A stretch of 64,000 bases of DNA from a bacterium. Lineage in GTDB: Bacteria > Bdellovibrionota_C > UBA2361 > CALJRW01. The position numbers and the translations under genes were made by a program. The notes beneath the pieces are model-generated. The model was not told the origin of the DNA. It saw nothing but the letters and a program-made list of their open reading frames with translations, and made no database searches. The number at the start of each line of letters is the position of its first letter. Within the stretch, counting starts at the first letter, position 1. Shown here piece after piece: positions 18,160 through 28,479 of the stretch. Location of the stretch: contig JANNBC010000010.1 of the NCBI GenBank assembly GCA_031385045.1, forward strand, positions 43,293 to 107,292, given 5' to 3'.

Positions 18160-19305
18160 CTAGAGGATAGTGTCAGTAATAACTTCTTTTTTCACTTGGA
18201 TTGCTTCTTTGAAGATGTAGGTAGCGACTGGTAAGCATAAGACTAGCCCCCAGATTCCAAAGAGCTTGCCACTAACGGTCAATAATATTAATACGACAAT
18301 TGTATTCAGTCGCAAGTGATGACCAAAGATCCGCGGGTTAATAACATAGGCTTCTAGTAAGTGGATAATCCAAATTAAGGCAATTGTTAAGAGCATTGTT
18401 GGGAAACCGCCCGATTCCAAGGCTAATAAGCAGATTGGTACCGAGCTTAAAAATACTCCAGCAATTGGGATGAAGCTACAGAAGAAAACAATCAAAGAGA
18501 TAAACGCGATTTCTCCGCGAATGTTAATAATCCAAATTCCGATTGCCGTCATTAGAGTATTGAGAATAGCAATGAAGAATTGAGCTTGAAAAGCTTTTCC
18601 AAGAGTTTTCCCAAAGCTATAGATACTATTAGAAACTTCCTCGTAAACAAACCTTAGCTTGGTTTGACGTAAAGAACGTGTGCCTTGGGTTAGTTTTGGT
18701 AAGTCCAGTACAATTAAGAATGAGAAAAGTAGTGATAGTAAAAACGAAGAACTAATTGCTAGAAGGACTGAGCCAATATTCTTCGCTGCATCCAATGACT
18801 TTTTTAAAGAGTTCCCCGGATTCTCTTCGCCGACACCAATTAATGGTTGTAGAAAACTTGCTAAGGTTGAATGTTTGAAGTCCCAATCTGTTTGTTCTGG
18901 ATCTATCTGCTGAACGTCAGGTAGGAGTTCTGCAAAGATTGGATAGGTGTTTTTTATTCTGACTAACTCTGCGTCTAAGGTTTTGGCATAGGTTGAAAAG
19001 TTATTCACAAAGCCAATCGCCTGTTCTTTCACGTTTGGAAAGAACAGTGCTCCAACCATTACAATTAATGATAGAAAAACAATTCCCACTACTGTCACTC
19101 TAATCGGGCGATTACTAATCCAGGGCTTTAGACGATCAACAGCATGGGACTGGATATAAGCAAATATAAACGTTAGGAACATTAATAAGAAAAACGAGCG
19201 TAGTAAGAATACAATACCAAACAGTCCTCCCCAAACAGTTAGTCGGGATAGAAAAGAAAGAATTAGTTCTGTTTTATTTGTTTTGCTAATGTTTGTTCGT
19301 TCCAT
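18160..19305 (-). CDS. AI-2E family transporter
   Basis: SFIPIAG, LEAYVINPRI.G and GIWGLVLCLP motifs; multi-TM. Confidence 0.9.
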   Translation of the reverse strand: MERTNISKTNKTELILSFLSRLTVWGGLFGIVFLLRSFFLLMFLTFIFAYIQSHAVDRLKPWISNRPIRVTVVGIVFLSLIVMVGALFFPNVKEQAIGFVNNFSTYAKTLDAELVRIKNTYPIFAELLPDVQQIDPEQTDWDFKHSTLASFLQPLIGVGEENPGNSLKKSLDAAKNIGSVLLAISSSFLLSLLFSFLIVLDLPKLTQGTRSLRQTKLRFVYEEVSNSIYSFGKTLGKAFQAQFFIAILNTLMTAIGIWIINIRGEIAFISLIVFFCSFIPIAGVFLSSVPICLLALESGGFPTMLLTIALIWIIHLLEAYVINPRIFGHHLRLNTIVVLILLTVSGKLFGIWGLVLCLPVATYIFKEAIQVKKEVITDTIL

Positions 19306-19392
19306 AATATCTTACATTGAAGCATAATATTTTTAATTACAAAAGGTATGCTGTTAGTAAAAAAATCATACTTATAGTAGTACTGCAATTCT

Positions 19393-20943
19393 ATGCAAAA
19401 TAGTTACGATCAACTTATTTACAATAGTTATCCCCGTCCCGAGACGCATCCGGCGCATTTAGCCACGATTGCCGAGCTTCTGGGTCTTACTGCTCCAGCC
19501 TTAAAGGCGATGCGTATTTTAGAGTTAGGTGCTGGAACTGGTGGTAATTTAATACCTTTAGCGGAGCGTTTTCCTGAAAGCTATTTCTTAGGAATAGATT
19601 TATCAGCGAAGCAAGTGGCCTTTGGTCAGAAGCAGATTACGGCTTTAGGTTTAAATAATATTGAACTTCGAGAACAGAGTATTTTAGATTTCCCAGAAGA
19701 CGCTGGTGCTTTTGATTATATTATTTGTCATGGTGTTTTTTCTTGGGTTGCTACCGAGGTTCAAGATAAGATTTTAGAAATATTTTCTAAGCATTTAACA
19801 ACTGAGGGATTGGGCTACCTTAGCTATAATACGCTTCCTGGTTGGCGCATTAATGGTGCTGCTCGTGAAATGATGCAATATCATGTCAGTGAAATTGAAA
19901 CTCCAGAGGAGCAGGTTCAGCAAGCTAAAGCCTTAGTTCAGTTCTTAGCAAATAGCCAAGTGCTCCCAGATTCGCCATATGCGCAATTTTTGCAACAATT
20001 ATCTGCCGAGCTAAAAGATGTACCACCTTATTATTTATTTCATGAGTATTTAGAAGCTGAGAATCAAGCTTTCTATTTCCATGAGTTTATTTCTAAATTG
20101 GACGCTACCCAATTAGCTTATGTTGGAGATGCTCATTTTGCTTTGATGTCCTTAGTCGATTTACCAGAAGTAACTCAGCAGATTTTAACTGGCTTGGATG
20201 ATCGTTTAAAGCTAGAGCAATACTTAGATTTTATTCGTAACCGTAAGTTGCGGGAGAGTATTATTTGTCATGCAGGCCGGGAGATTCAGTCGCCCGTTTC
20301 TTTGGGGCGCATTAAGCAATTATATTGTTCGGCAGATTTAACAATGGTTGAGTCGCTTTTTACAGAGGAGGTGACAGTTTTTAATTCTGAAAATGGTGGT
20401 GAGTTAAGTACGGCGAACCCAGTTACAATTGCAGCTTTAAAAACTTTAAGTGCCATCTGGCCAGAACAACTAAGATTGGATTTGCTAACTCAAAAGGCAG
20501 TTGCAGAAGTTGCTATTTTTATACCTAGTGCTGAGTTACCAGCACTGACTGGGCAGTTCCAAGAAGAAATGTTTTATTACTATTCTGGAAATCTTCTAGA
20601 TTTTAGATCTACTGAGTTTCTTGCTACTCGCCAGATTGACGGCTCTCCCAAGGCTACGCCACTTGCTCGCTATCAGGCTGTTAGGCAGGGTAATGTAACT
20701 TCCTTGCGTCACAAATCCGTTAACTTAGAATCAATTACACGACAGATTTTAACTCTCTTAGATGGCACTCGAGATCGGACCGCAATTTTAGCTGAATTAA
20801 TTAAATTGCGAGCCAAGGGAGAACTGTTCTTATTTGCGGAAGGCAAGGATTCTGTTGACGAAGAATTTAAAAGTATCTTAGAAACAATTGTCGATCGAAG
20901 TTTAGTACTGCTTGCTAAGCATTCCTTTTTGCTGAAAGCCTAG
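19393..20943 (+). CDS. SAM methyltransferase with methyltransferase regulatory domain (Rickettsia PKMT-like)
   Basis: SYD...Y.S.P...THP, LELGAGTGGN, FDYIICHGVFSWV, SYNTLPGW, Y..HEYLE and EQYLDF..NR motifs. Confidence 0.88.
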   Translation: MQNSYDQLIYNSYPRPETHPAHLATIAELLGLTAPALKAMRILELGAGTGGNLIPLAERFPESYFLGIDLSAKQVAFGQKQITALGLNNIELREQSILDFPEDAGAFDYIICHGVFSWVATEVQDKILEIFSKHLTTEGLGYLSYNTLPGWRINGAAREMMQYHVSEIETPEEQVQQAKALVQFLANSQVLPDSPYAQFLQQLSAELKDVPPYYLFHEYLEAENQAFYFHEFISKLDATQLAYVGDAHFALMSLVDLPEVTQQILTGLDDRLKLEQYLDFIRNRKLRESIICHAGREIQSPVSLGRIKQLYCSADLTMVESLFTEEVTVFNSENGGELSTANPVTIAALKTLSAIWPEQLRLDLLTQKAVAEVAIFIPSAELPALTGQFQEEMFYYYSGNLLDFRSTEFLATRQIDGSPKATPLARYQAVRQGNVTSLRHKSVNLESITRQILTLLDGTRDRTAILAELIKLRAKGELFLFAEGKDSVDEEFKSILETIVDRSLVLLAKHSFLLKA

Positions 20944-20953
20944 CTTGTCGAGG

Positions 20954-21943
20954 TTACTTAATTCCTGACTTGACTAGAAAATCTATCGCGGGCTTAATTA
21001 ATTGTTCGAAAGAATGCTTTAAGTCATCATCAAAAATTCCTGTCGTTAGTCGGTGTCTAAAGACATAAGGGGCTAAGAACTTAAAATCGTCCTCGGTTAC
21101 ATAGTCGCGATGATTGACGATTGCCCAGGCCAGTAATCCCTTTTGAAAAAGTAAGGCGGATCTAGTTGATAGTCCAAATTGAAAATTAGGATTATTTCTA
21201 GAGGCTTGCGTTACTTTAATGATTGCTTCTTGGATATTTGTACTTATTTTTACCTGAGCAAGTAATGAACGAAGTTTTAAGATCTCATTTCGAGTGCAAA
21301 CAGGTGATAAGTTCTTAGCTTTTTCTTCAATTGAACTATGGACTGTGAGGATTTCTAGTTCCGTTTTTTGATCGACGTAGGTCATCGGCACTTTTAACAA
21401 GAAGCGATCTAGTTGAACTAAAGGAAGTGGGTAAGTACCAGCAAGGTCTAGGGGATTTTGTGTTCCAATAACAAAAAACAAATCATCTAAGCGGTAAGTT
21501 TGATTGTCAATTGTAACTTGTTTCTCCGCCATACATTCTAAAAATGCAGCTTGGACTTTTGGACCAGTTCGATTGATTTCGTCTGCTAAGACAATATGTG
21601 AAAATACTGGCCCCGCTTGAAATTTGAATTCCGCAGATTTAGGATCGAAAATATTAACACCAAGCACGTCTCCGGGAAGTAAATCGGGAGTAAATTGAAT
21701 CCGCTTAAAAGAATGAAGACGGTCATTGCCAGTAGAGTCAATTAATTGACCTAAGGTTTTAGCTAGTGTTGTTTTACCAGAACCTGGATAGTCTTCTAGT
21801 AAAATATGCCCATCAGCAAATAGCGCGGCAAGCACCAGTTTGATAGTTTCTTCTTTGCCTTTGATGATGGAGGAAAGCTCGCTGACTAGTTTATTGCTTA
21901 TTTCAAAGGCTTGTTCAAAGCCAAAAGTTTGATGATCATTCAT
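20954..21943 (-). CDS. moxR: MoxR family AAA+ ATPase
   Basis: GHILLED.PGSGKT, RIQFTPDLLPGD, LADEINR, TQNP, GTYPLP..QLDRF. Confidence 0.93.
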   Translation of the reverse strand: MNDHQTFGFEQAFEISNKLVSELSSIIKGKEETIKLVLAALFADGHILLEDYPGSGKTTLAKTLGQLIDSTGNDRLHSFKRIQFTPDLLPGDVLGVNIFDPKSAEFKFQAGPVFSHIVLADEINRTGPKVQAAFLECMAEKQVTIDNQTYRLDDLFFVIGTQNPLDLAGTYPLPLVQLDRFLLKVPMTYVDQKTELEILTVHSSIEEKAKNLSPVCTRNEILKLRSLLAQVKISTNIQEAIIKVTQASRNNPNFQFGLSTRSALLFQKGLLAWAIVNHRDYVTEDDFKFLAPYVFRHRLTTGIFDDDLKHSFEQLIKPAIDFLVKSGIK

Positions 21944-23798
21944 ATTCAGTAAATATTTCTTTAATTAAATTTTTGATCAAGGAAAGATTATCTTTGCCCT
22001 GAACTGTTGTTAAATAATTATTAGGCCCGCGAAGAGTAAGATACTCGGCCTCGCTATCTGAAGTGTAAGTTAATTTAAATTGAGTAGTTTTACCAGAAGC
22101 TAAATCAAAGTTAGTTTGTTCTAGGAGTTTAATTAATTCAGTTGGTAAGCCTTCGCTGTTAACAGGAAACTTTAAATTATTATTTAATATTCCTGCTGGT
22201 TGAGTTTTAAAAAGTTTTTCAATCAAGGCTGGCTGATTGGACTCAGGGCTTATCGGAATTAACTGAGCTAGGGCTTGAGCTTTGAGCGCTTGGTCGAATT
22301 CAATTTTTGGCTCATTAATAACTTGCTGTAGGATTTGTCGCGCTTCTTCTTTAGAACCTGTCTGCGCTAAGTTAAATGCTAGATAGGTTTGATAGTAGAA
22401 TTTAGCATTAGGCCTAGTGTCAAGTTTTTCTTGCGCTGTAATTACACGGCGGGCAGTACTTTTCGGTAGATTTTGAAAATAGAATCCTAAGCTCGGATAA
22501 TCTAAAAGACTATCGGTATGTCTGACATCAAGATCTTCAAATTTATTTAGTACGCTTAGTAATAGTAATTTAGCTTTGCGATTATACCAACTTGCCTGGA
22601 TAGAATTTGTAAATATTTTTTTCCAAGTAGCTAGCTTATCTAAAAAAGTTTCTTGGGGAGTAGTTCTTAGTTGGTTATTGTACGCTAATAGGCTTTTAGA
22701 ATAGTCGCTATAGATTGCCGATTGCAGGTCGGCGATATCTGTTCCAATGCTTCCAAACCATTGTTGATGTTCAATGGCATTTTGAAGGTGTGTGATGGCG
22801 GAAGCGGGATCTCCTTGGTAGTAGCGAATTCTTGCTAAAATTAATTCTAGTAGCGATTGATGCTCTTCGTTGTTTTTTAGAGGATATTGAGCAAAGCAGC
22901 TTTGAAAATTCTTTAAAGCAATTTCAGCGAGCTTCAGGCGTAATCCTTCGATATGGATCACCGCTAGATTTAAACTTGGTAAGATATGTTCGCAGCCATC
23001 TGGTAGTCGGACAGCACTCTCCCAGGAATTGGCGGCCTGGTCTTCTTTAAACAACTCCCGATATACTTCTCCCATGTTATTGAGTGGAGTTGCTGAGCGC
23101 CCATAGCTGCCTAATGATTTTTCAAAATCATAGGCTTTTAAGAGTGTTTGAATACCTTTTTCTTTTTCTCCGATTACAGAATAAAGAATCCCCAGAATAT
23201 TAAGATTGTTTCCAATCGCCGAGCCAGCACGAATTCCATTTTTTGCTTCTTCAATTCCTTTCTCTGGTTGTTTTAATTTAAAATAGATCCATGCTCTACT
23301 AGATTGCAAATAAGGATCGCTATAGCCGTAGGATTCATATTCATTAAGATTATCCAAAGCTTGTTGATATAGATCTAAATTCTGTCTCACAGCACCAAGC
23401 TGCCTTAATATTTCAGAATGGAGTAATTGTTGTCGGTAATCGACGTAAGGAGGTTTGCCAAAATCCTCAAATAATATTTTTTCAGCTTTTTTAAAGTATT
23501 TTAAAGCTAGGCGATAATGACCCACATTGGTCATGTAATAATTTCCTAGCATGTTAAGTGCTAAGATTGAGCGAGGATCTTTTTTTAGAGCGACAGTTAG
23601 TTTGCTTCTTGCTGTAAGTGGTTGGTCGTAGATTAAAACTGAGGCCTCGCGAATTAATGTTTCCACAGACTTTTCTTGATCGTCACGATTGTCAGTTGTT
23701 GGATTCAGATCGAAAGGATCCCAGAATTCATTGTTACCATTTTGAGCGGAAGCAAATATTGGTAGGAGTAATAAAAAAATTAGAATTATTTTATTCAC
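21936..23798 (-). CDS. Secreted TPR-repeat protein
   Basis: Signal peptide ending ASA; TPR-like helices NNLNILGILY and PLNNMGEVY. Confidence 0.75.
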   Translation of the reverse strand: MNKIILIFLLLLPIFASAQNGNNEFWDPFDLNPTTDNRDDQEKSVETLIREASVLIYDQPLTARSKLTVALKKDPRSILALNMLGNYYMTNVGHYRLALKYFKKAEKILFEDFGKPPYVDYRQQLLHSEILRQLGAVRQNLDLYQQALDNLNEYESYGYSDPYLQSSRAWIYFKLKQPEKGIEEAKNGIRAGSAIGNNLNILGILYSVIGEKEKGIQTLLKAYDFEKSLGSYGRSATPLNNMGEVYRELFKEDQAANSWESAVRLPDGCEHILPSLNLAVIHIEGLRLKLAEIALKNFQSCFAQYPLKNNEEHQSLLELILARIRYYQGDPASAITHLQNAIEHQQWFGSIGTDIADLQSAIYSDYSKSLLAYNNQLRTTPQETFLDKLATWKKIFTNSIQASWYNRKAKLLLLSVLNKFEDLDVRHTDSLLDYPSLGFYFQNLPKSTARRVITAQEKLDTRPNAKFYYQTYLAFNLAQTGSKEEARQILQQVINEPKIEFDQALKAQALAQLIPISPESNQPALIEKLFKTQPAGILNNNLKFPVNSEGLPTELIKLLEQTNFDLASGKTTQFKLTYTSDSEAEYLTLRGPNNYLTTVQGKDNLSLIKNLIKEIFTEYE

Positions 23799-25987
23799 TT
23801 AGATTTAATTTGAAAAATTGAATTTGGATTTAGAATCACTAGTATTTTTTGTTTCCTATTTAATGAGTGATAGAAATCTTGCAGTAGCTTTTCCATTGAT
23901 CGATTCTCAGGATTAGCTTTCGCGGCATAGATGATTTGATTTAAAACTTTAGCTAGTTCTTGATCGACAACAGGAAAAGAGTTTTGAATTCGAATTAAAT
24001 AATCCAGTTTTGTTTCTCCCGATCTAATTGGATAGCCTAAGTCTTGAAGCATTAGGCATAAGGTACGGTAGATTTTTTTTAGCTTATCTTCTGAGTTGCC
24101 TGAAAGTTTCCAGCTAAGTAATAAATATATTTTAATGAGATAGAAGATTAGCAAAATTAGGGAAATGATTAGAAGCACCTTTTTGATTTGAAGATATCCC
24201 AATAGTGTTTCAAAGGTTTTCGATTCTTTTAATTCTGGGTCTAACAATTCATCGTTAATAATTTCTTCGTCGTTACCTAGTGAGTCAATTAAATTATCTA
24301 GTAGGCTTTGATCGACGGGAGTTTCTGCATGGCTCTCAACTTGTTTTGGTTGAGTGTCAAAGGGAACCCAGCCAATTGTATCAATGTAAACTTCAGCCCA
24401 AGCATGTCTGTCACTCATTCGCAGCAAGATATGACCATCCTTTGCTTGACTAAAGTCGGTCATATAGCCAGTCCCAATTCGACTGGGGATTCCTAAGGCG
24501 CGAAGTAAATAAACTGTGGCATGAGCAAAGTGCACGCAATAGCCACGAAGATCTCCAAATAGAAACTGGGCAGTTGGGTCCTGATCTTTAGTGGTCTCAT
24601 GATTCGGAGTTAAGGTATAGATGGCATTGTTATTTAAATAATTAAGTATACTAAGAACCATATCTAAGCGATTGACGGCATTGGTAGTTAGTTTCTCAGC
24701 TAGTTCTTGGTAGCGAGGATCGGCATGCTTTTCTGTATAATGCTCCCAGGTTTTTGAGTCCCAATCTTTTGCCCCGAGTTGTAGTTCTTTAACTTGTTCC
24801 ACATTGTAGGTCGGAGCTAAGGAAGTTACTTTATAGGCACCTTTGAAGTTATGATCTTTGTTTTGTAAGCGAAGTGGTCGGATTGTTTTTGGATAATCTA
24901 AACCAAAAGCGAGTTGGTGATCTCCCAGTAAATAAATTTTCTGAACTACTTCTTGGCGGGCACTAGCATTATCTAGTTCAACTTTTCTAACATATGTTTG
25001 ATATGTTGAGGTGCGGGGAACATCTAGATCGTATTCTTGGTTTGCAAGTACTAACTCATTTTTTTTAAGCTGGGAGAGTGCTGACTCACGCAAGTACATC
25101 ATTGGCGAATGAGGGTTTAGCAAATAGTCATTTTCTAATCGCACCAAAGCTGCTGGTTGATTAGAGCCTCCTAGGGCAGAATAAAAGTTTAGCGGGCTAA
25201 CCCCAGATTCATTGGAGCTTCCAACTCCATTTTGAACAGCAATTTCGTATTTGCCTTGATGTACATTAAATACGGCATAGGTAATAAGCAGAAAAAAGCC
25301 AATGATCAAAGCAATGCTTCCGAGGTTAAAAAACTTAAAGCGTCGCTCTGTGCGAATTTGGTTAAAGACTAAGTTGGTTTCTTTTTTTTCAATGGAGAGG
25401 TTGCCTAGTAAAAATAGATAAGCAATTAATAAGCTGATTACAGCAAATCCAATCCCTGTAATGATACCTAGTGGTGGAGCGCTTAGTTGCCAAGCAAGGT
25501 CATTAACTATTTTAATTAAATCAAAGCGATAGTTTTGATGTAAAGAGAAGAAAGTTAAGCAGGCTACTAAGATTAGAAAAACTTCTGCCGTTGCGTAGCT
25601 TTTGATCCTTAAGATTAGGTAGGCTGACCAAAGATTAATGATAAAAATTAAAGCTAGAAGATCTAAATGAGTAAAGATATTAATAAATAAAAATAGGTTA
25701 GAACTTGGTGCTAAAAAATTTAGCAAGTAAAAGCAAAGTTGGTAGGCAATAATTGCTAGAATAGAGATAGTTCCTAATGCTAGTAGCTTCAAGCCTTTTT
25801 CTGCAAAGATAAATCCAAGCGAAACACCTAGTAAAGAGATTGGTATTACTAAGAATAGGCTGGTATCTAGATTGACAATCTGATTGGTGGCCAGGAGGAT
25901 GACGCTAATTAGTAAGAAGCGTAGGGTAATTAGGAAAATTAACTTTTGATTAAACATATTTACTGATAATTTTATCTGCCCCAGCAA
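23795..25987 (-). CDS. Membrane transglutaminase-like protein
   Basis: N-terminal TM helices; triad GYCVHFA / HAWAEV / WVPFD; true start may be the downstream Met (MFNQK). Confidence 0.88.
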   Translation of the reverse strand: MLGQIKLSVNMFNQKLIFLITLRFLLISVILLATNQIVNLDTSLFLVIPISLLGVSLGFIFAEKGLKLLALGTISILAIIAYQLCFYLLNFLAPSSNLFLFINIFTHLDLLALIFIINLWSAYLILRIKSYATAEVFLILVACLTFFSLHQNYRFDLIKIVNDLAWQLSAPPLGIITGIGFAVISLLIAYLFLLGNLSIEKKETNLVFNQIRTERRFKFFNLGSIALIIGFFLLITYAVFNVHQGKYEIAVQNGVGSSNESGVSPLNFYSALGGSNQPAALVRLENDYLLNPHSPMMYLRESALSQLKKNELVLANQEYDLDVPRTSTYQTYVRKVELDNASARQEVVQKIYLLGDHQLAFGLDYPKTIRPLRLQNKDHNFKGAYKVTSLAPTYNVEQVKELQLGAKDWDSKTWEHYTEKHADPRYQELAEKLTTNAVNRLDMVLSILNYLNNNAIYTLTPNHETTKDQDPTAQFLFGDLRGYCVHFAHATVYLLRALGIPSRIGTGYMTDFSQAKDGHILLRMSDRHAWAEVYIDTIGWVPFDTQPKQVESHAETPVDQSLLDNLIDSLGNDEEIINDELLDPELKESKTFETLLGYLQIKKVLLIISLILLIFYLIKIYLLLSWKLSGNSEDKLKKIYRTLCLMLQDLGYPIRSGETKLDYLIRIQNSFPVVDQELAKVLNQIIYAAKANPENRSMEKLLQDFYHSLNRKQKILVILNPNSIFQIKSK

Positions 25988-27134
25988 TGTAAGAGATTTT
26001 AGATTTGTAAAATAGAAATTTATTCAAAGGAGATATTGGTATTATTGATTTTTTAGAAGTCATAATTAGCACTTTAACGTTTTTAGATTTGCAAAGTGCT
26101 AGTAATGCTTTGCTAATAGGGTTGTTTTCCATCATAAAAACAGCAATTTCTAGGCAACTATGATCTTTGCCCAGTAGCTGCGTAAATTTTATTTTATTCT
26201 TTTCCCAGCTTTGCGGTTCTGCTGACCAGATGTTTGCTAGCAGCAGATCTTTTGCTGCCTCTAAATCGTTTAATGCTGCTGGGTACTTGCCAGAAGAGTC
26301 AAAAATAAATTCTAAATCTTTCTTCTGGATTTGTTCTAAATAGTTTAGGCAATGACGAGCCAGTTCCGGTTCTTCTTTGCCCGCAAACAAAAAGACAAGA
26401 GACTTGCCTGCTGGCAGGGCTGTATCTTCCGGGTGACGGGCAATTAATTCTTGACTCCGAGCAAAAATCTTCCAGACTATTTTACTAATTCCGTCGCTTG
26501 GATGATATTTTTTTAAGTCGTAATAATCTCCTAGTTTTTTTTGTGGAATATTAATCCTGTCGCCCGCCGTTAAGCTGGAAAAAACTAATGGTAGTTCTGG
26601 TGTAAAGAGTCTCGGTGGTTCCACTCGAATGGCAGGATAGTCTTGTGGAGTTTGAGTACTAGTAATAGTTGCTAGGTTAAAAAGATCGCTTACTGTAAAT
26701 TGTATATTTGCTAATTGCCAGTCGCCATGATGTGGAAAATTTACTTGATACTCAGTGCTAAGTTCTAATTCTTTTGTTTTTAAAACTAGTAGGGGCGGTG
26801 AAAATTTAGAATTTTGAAAATTAAGTTTGATTTTTACCTGACATAAGGGAAAGATTTGTAGATTTTTAATTTTTAACTCTAGATAGGCTGGTCGATCTAG
26901 GTATTGAGTGGCTGTCTTATTTTTTCTAGCTAATTGCAAGTCGAGTTTTCGTTTTAGGATTACAAAGTTTACGATGACGATAGTTGTAATAATTAGAACT
27001 AAACCAATCAATGAATAAGCAAAAATTGTTGCTAAGAGATCTGTTTTGGCAATTAGGCTTAGACAGTAGCCACTTGCTAAAAGTAAGATTAGGGCATTTA
27101 GAGTTAGCGGAAATAAACGACGGATATTTTTCAT
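25950..27134 (-). CDS. DUF58 domain protein
   Basis: GDYYDLKKYHPSD....IVWK..AR motif; 2 N-terminal TMs; MoxR operon context. Confidence 0.85.
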   Translation of the reverse strand: MKNIRRLFPLTLNALILLLASGYCLSLIAKTDLLATIFAYSLIGLVLIITTIVIVNFVILKRKLDLQLARKNKTATQYLDRPAYLELKIKNLQIFPLCQVKIKLNFQNSKFSPPLLVLKTKELELSTEYQVNFPHHGDWQLANIQFTVSDLFNLATITSTQTPQDYPAIRVEPPRLFTPELPLVFSSLTAGDRINIPQKKLGDYYDLKKYHPSDGISKIVWKIFARSQELIARHPEDTALPAGKSLVFLFAGKEEPELARHCLNYLEQIQKKDLEFIFDSSGKYPAALNDLEAAKDLLLANIWSAEPQSWEKNKIKFTQLLGKDHSCLEIAVFMMENNPISKALLALCKSKNVKVLIMTSKKSIIPISPLNKFLFYKSKISYIAGADKIISKYV

Positions 27135-27148
27135 TGATAAGAGATATT

Positions 27149-27295
27149 ATAATAAGTCCCAAAAGTAATTTCCGTTAGGAATTACTTTTGGAACTTATTA
27201 TCCCCCAGAGGGATTATAAAATCATATAGTTATGACAAAAATCACTAAACTAACTTTTCATTATTCGGAAATTACTTTTTGTCATAACTATATAG
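27149..27295. mobile_element. ~146-bp double-hairpin MITE/REPIN-like element, family B copy 1
   Basis: Near-identical to 52251-52395; hairpins at 27149-27201 and 27225-27292. Confidence 0.8.
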
Positions 27296-27337
27296 GAGTT
27301 CTATTATTTCCGAAATAGAGACGTGAATGAGGAGTTC

Positions 27338-28423
27338 TTAATTTAAAGCCAGGTCTGGGTTTTTGACAACTTCTGCAAGCAGATTGATAAATTGTTTACG
27401 TGCCAGAGAGTCTGCCATCCACATGTGTGGACCATCAATTAACTTTTCTTGAACATTATAGACAAAAGCTGTTCGTTCAACCTCGTTCTTGGAGATTGTA
27501 AAATCATTTTTAGTGCCAACAACTGTAATTGGAACTCCACTAGCTTTTACTTGTTCTGGATTGATTGGCATCATTGCTTGAACATTTGCCAAGAAGCTCT
27601 CTGGGGAAAGCTTGCAACCTTTTGGTACGTTTTCTGGGGTAGTTGAGAAAAGGACTTTAGCAGCAACACGCTCATTTTTCATAGCAGTCGTGGCATTAAA
27701 AGTTATATTAGCTTTTATAAAATCCCAAGGGCTTTGTAGGGCGAAGCGCAGGTTCGCCATCAACATTCCAGCTGGTGGAACTGAGGCTAGTAAAGTAGCG
27801 GAAGCAATGTTTGCAGAACTTTTAGAGGCAAGATATTTTTGAACCAAATATCCGCCAAAGGAGTGACCTACTAGATGAATCTTAGTAATTCCGCTAGCCT
27901 CTAAGCTTTTAATTACAGTCTCAAGGTTTTTTAAATAGCGAGTTAAGGAGAAGTTAATCTTGGGGCTATTAAGAGAGGCCTCTGTCTTTGACTGATTATT
28001 ATCCTTGCTTCTACCATGACCTTCTTGGCTAAACGCAAAGCTATTAATTCCTTGAGCCGCTAATTCTTTCATCGCTGGAAAATTCATTGTGGCAGTTGAC
28101 CAGAATCCGGGAACAAATAAAACGGCAGTGTCTTTCTTGACCTCTGGGCCTAGAGCTTTGACTTGAATTACATGGAGTGCAGTTTTATTTTCGGTTTCAA
28201 TAAAGCCGTGTGATGGTTCATAATTAAGTTTTCGAGATGGTGGAAGGGAGTCAGTTGTTAAATCGTAAAGTTTGGCTCCTAATCTGTTAGTGACTAATGG
28301 TTTTGCCTCTTTAGACACAACTGAGCCAACTGCATTGGCAGATGGTATTCTTAAAATGTCTTTTACTGTCGAGACCATTATCCCTTTATTCTTTAGATGT
28401 TCTATAGTAGACCGAAGATGCAC
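27338..28423 (-). CDS. Alpha/beta hydrolase
   Basis: FVPGF, GHGRS, nucleophile elbow GHSFGG, ND acid and PH catalytic His. Confidence 0.85.
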   Translation of the reverse strand: MHLRSTIEHLKNKGIMVSTVKDILRIPSANAVGSVVSKEAKPLVTNRLGAKLYDLTTDSLPPSRKLNYEPSHGFIETENKTALHVIQVKALGPEVKKDTAVLFVPGFWSTATMNFPAMKELAAQGINSFAFSQEGHGRSKDNNQSKTEASLNSPKINFSLTRYLKNLETVIKSLEASGITKIHLVGHSFGGYLVQKYLASKSSANIASATLLASVPPAGMLMANLRFALQSPWDFIKANITFNATTAMKNERVAAKVLFSTTPENVPKGCKLSPESFLANVQAMMPINPEQVKASGVPITVVGTKNDFTISKNEVERTAFVYNVQEKLIDGPHMWMADSLARKQFINLLAEVVKNPDLALN

Positions 28424-28479
28424 CCTTAGATCTTACAAGGGAAATTTCGTACTTATTTAACTCATTCTTTAGCTAAATT

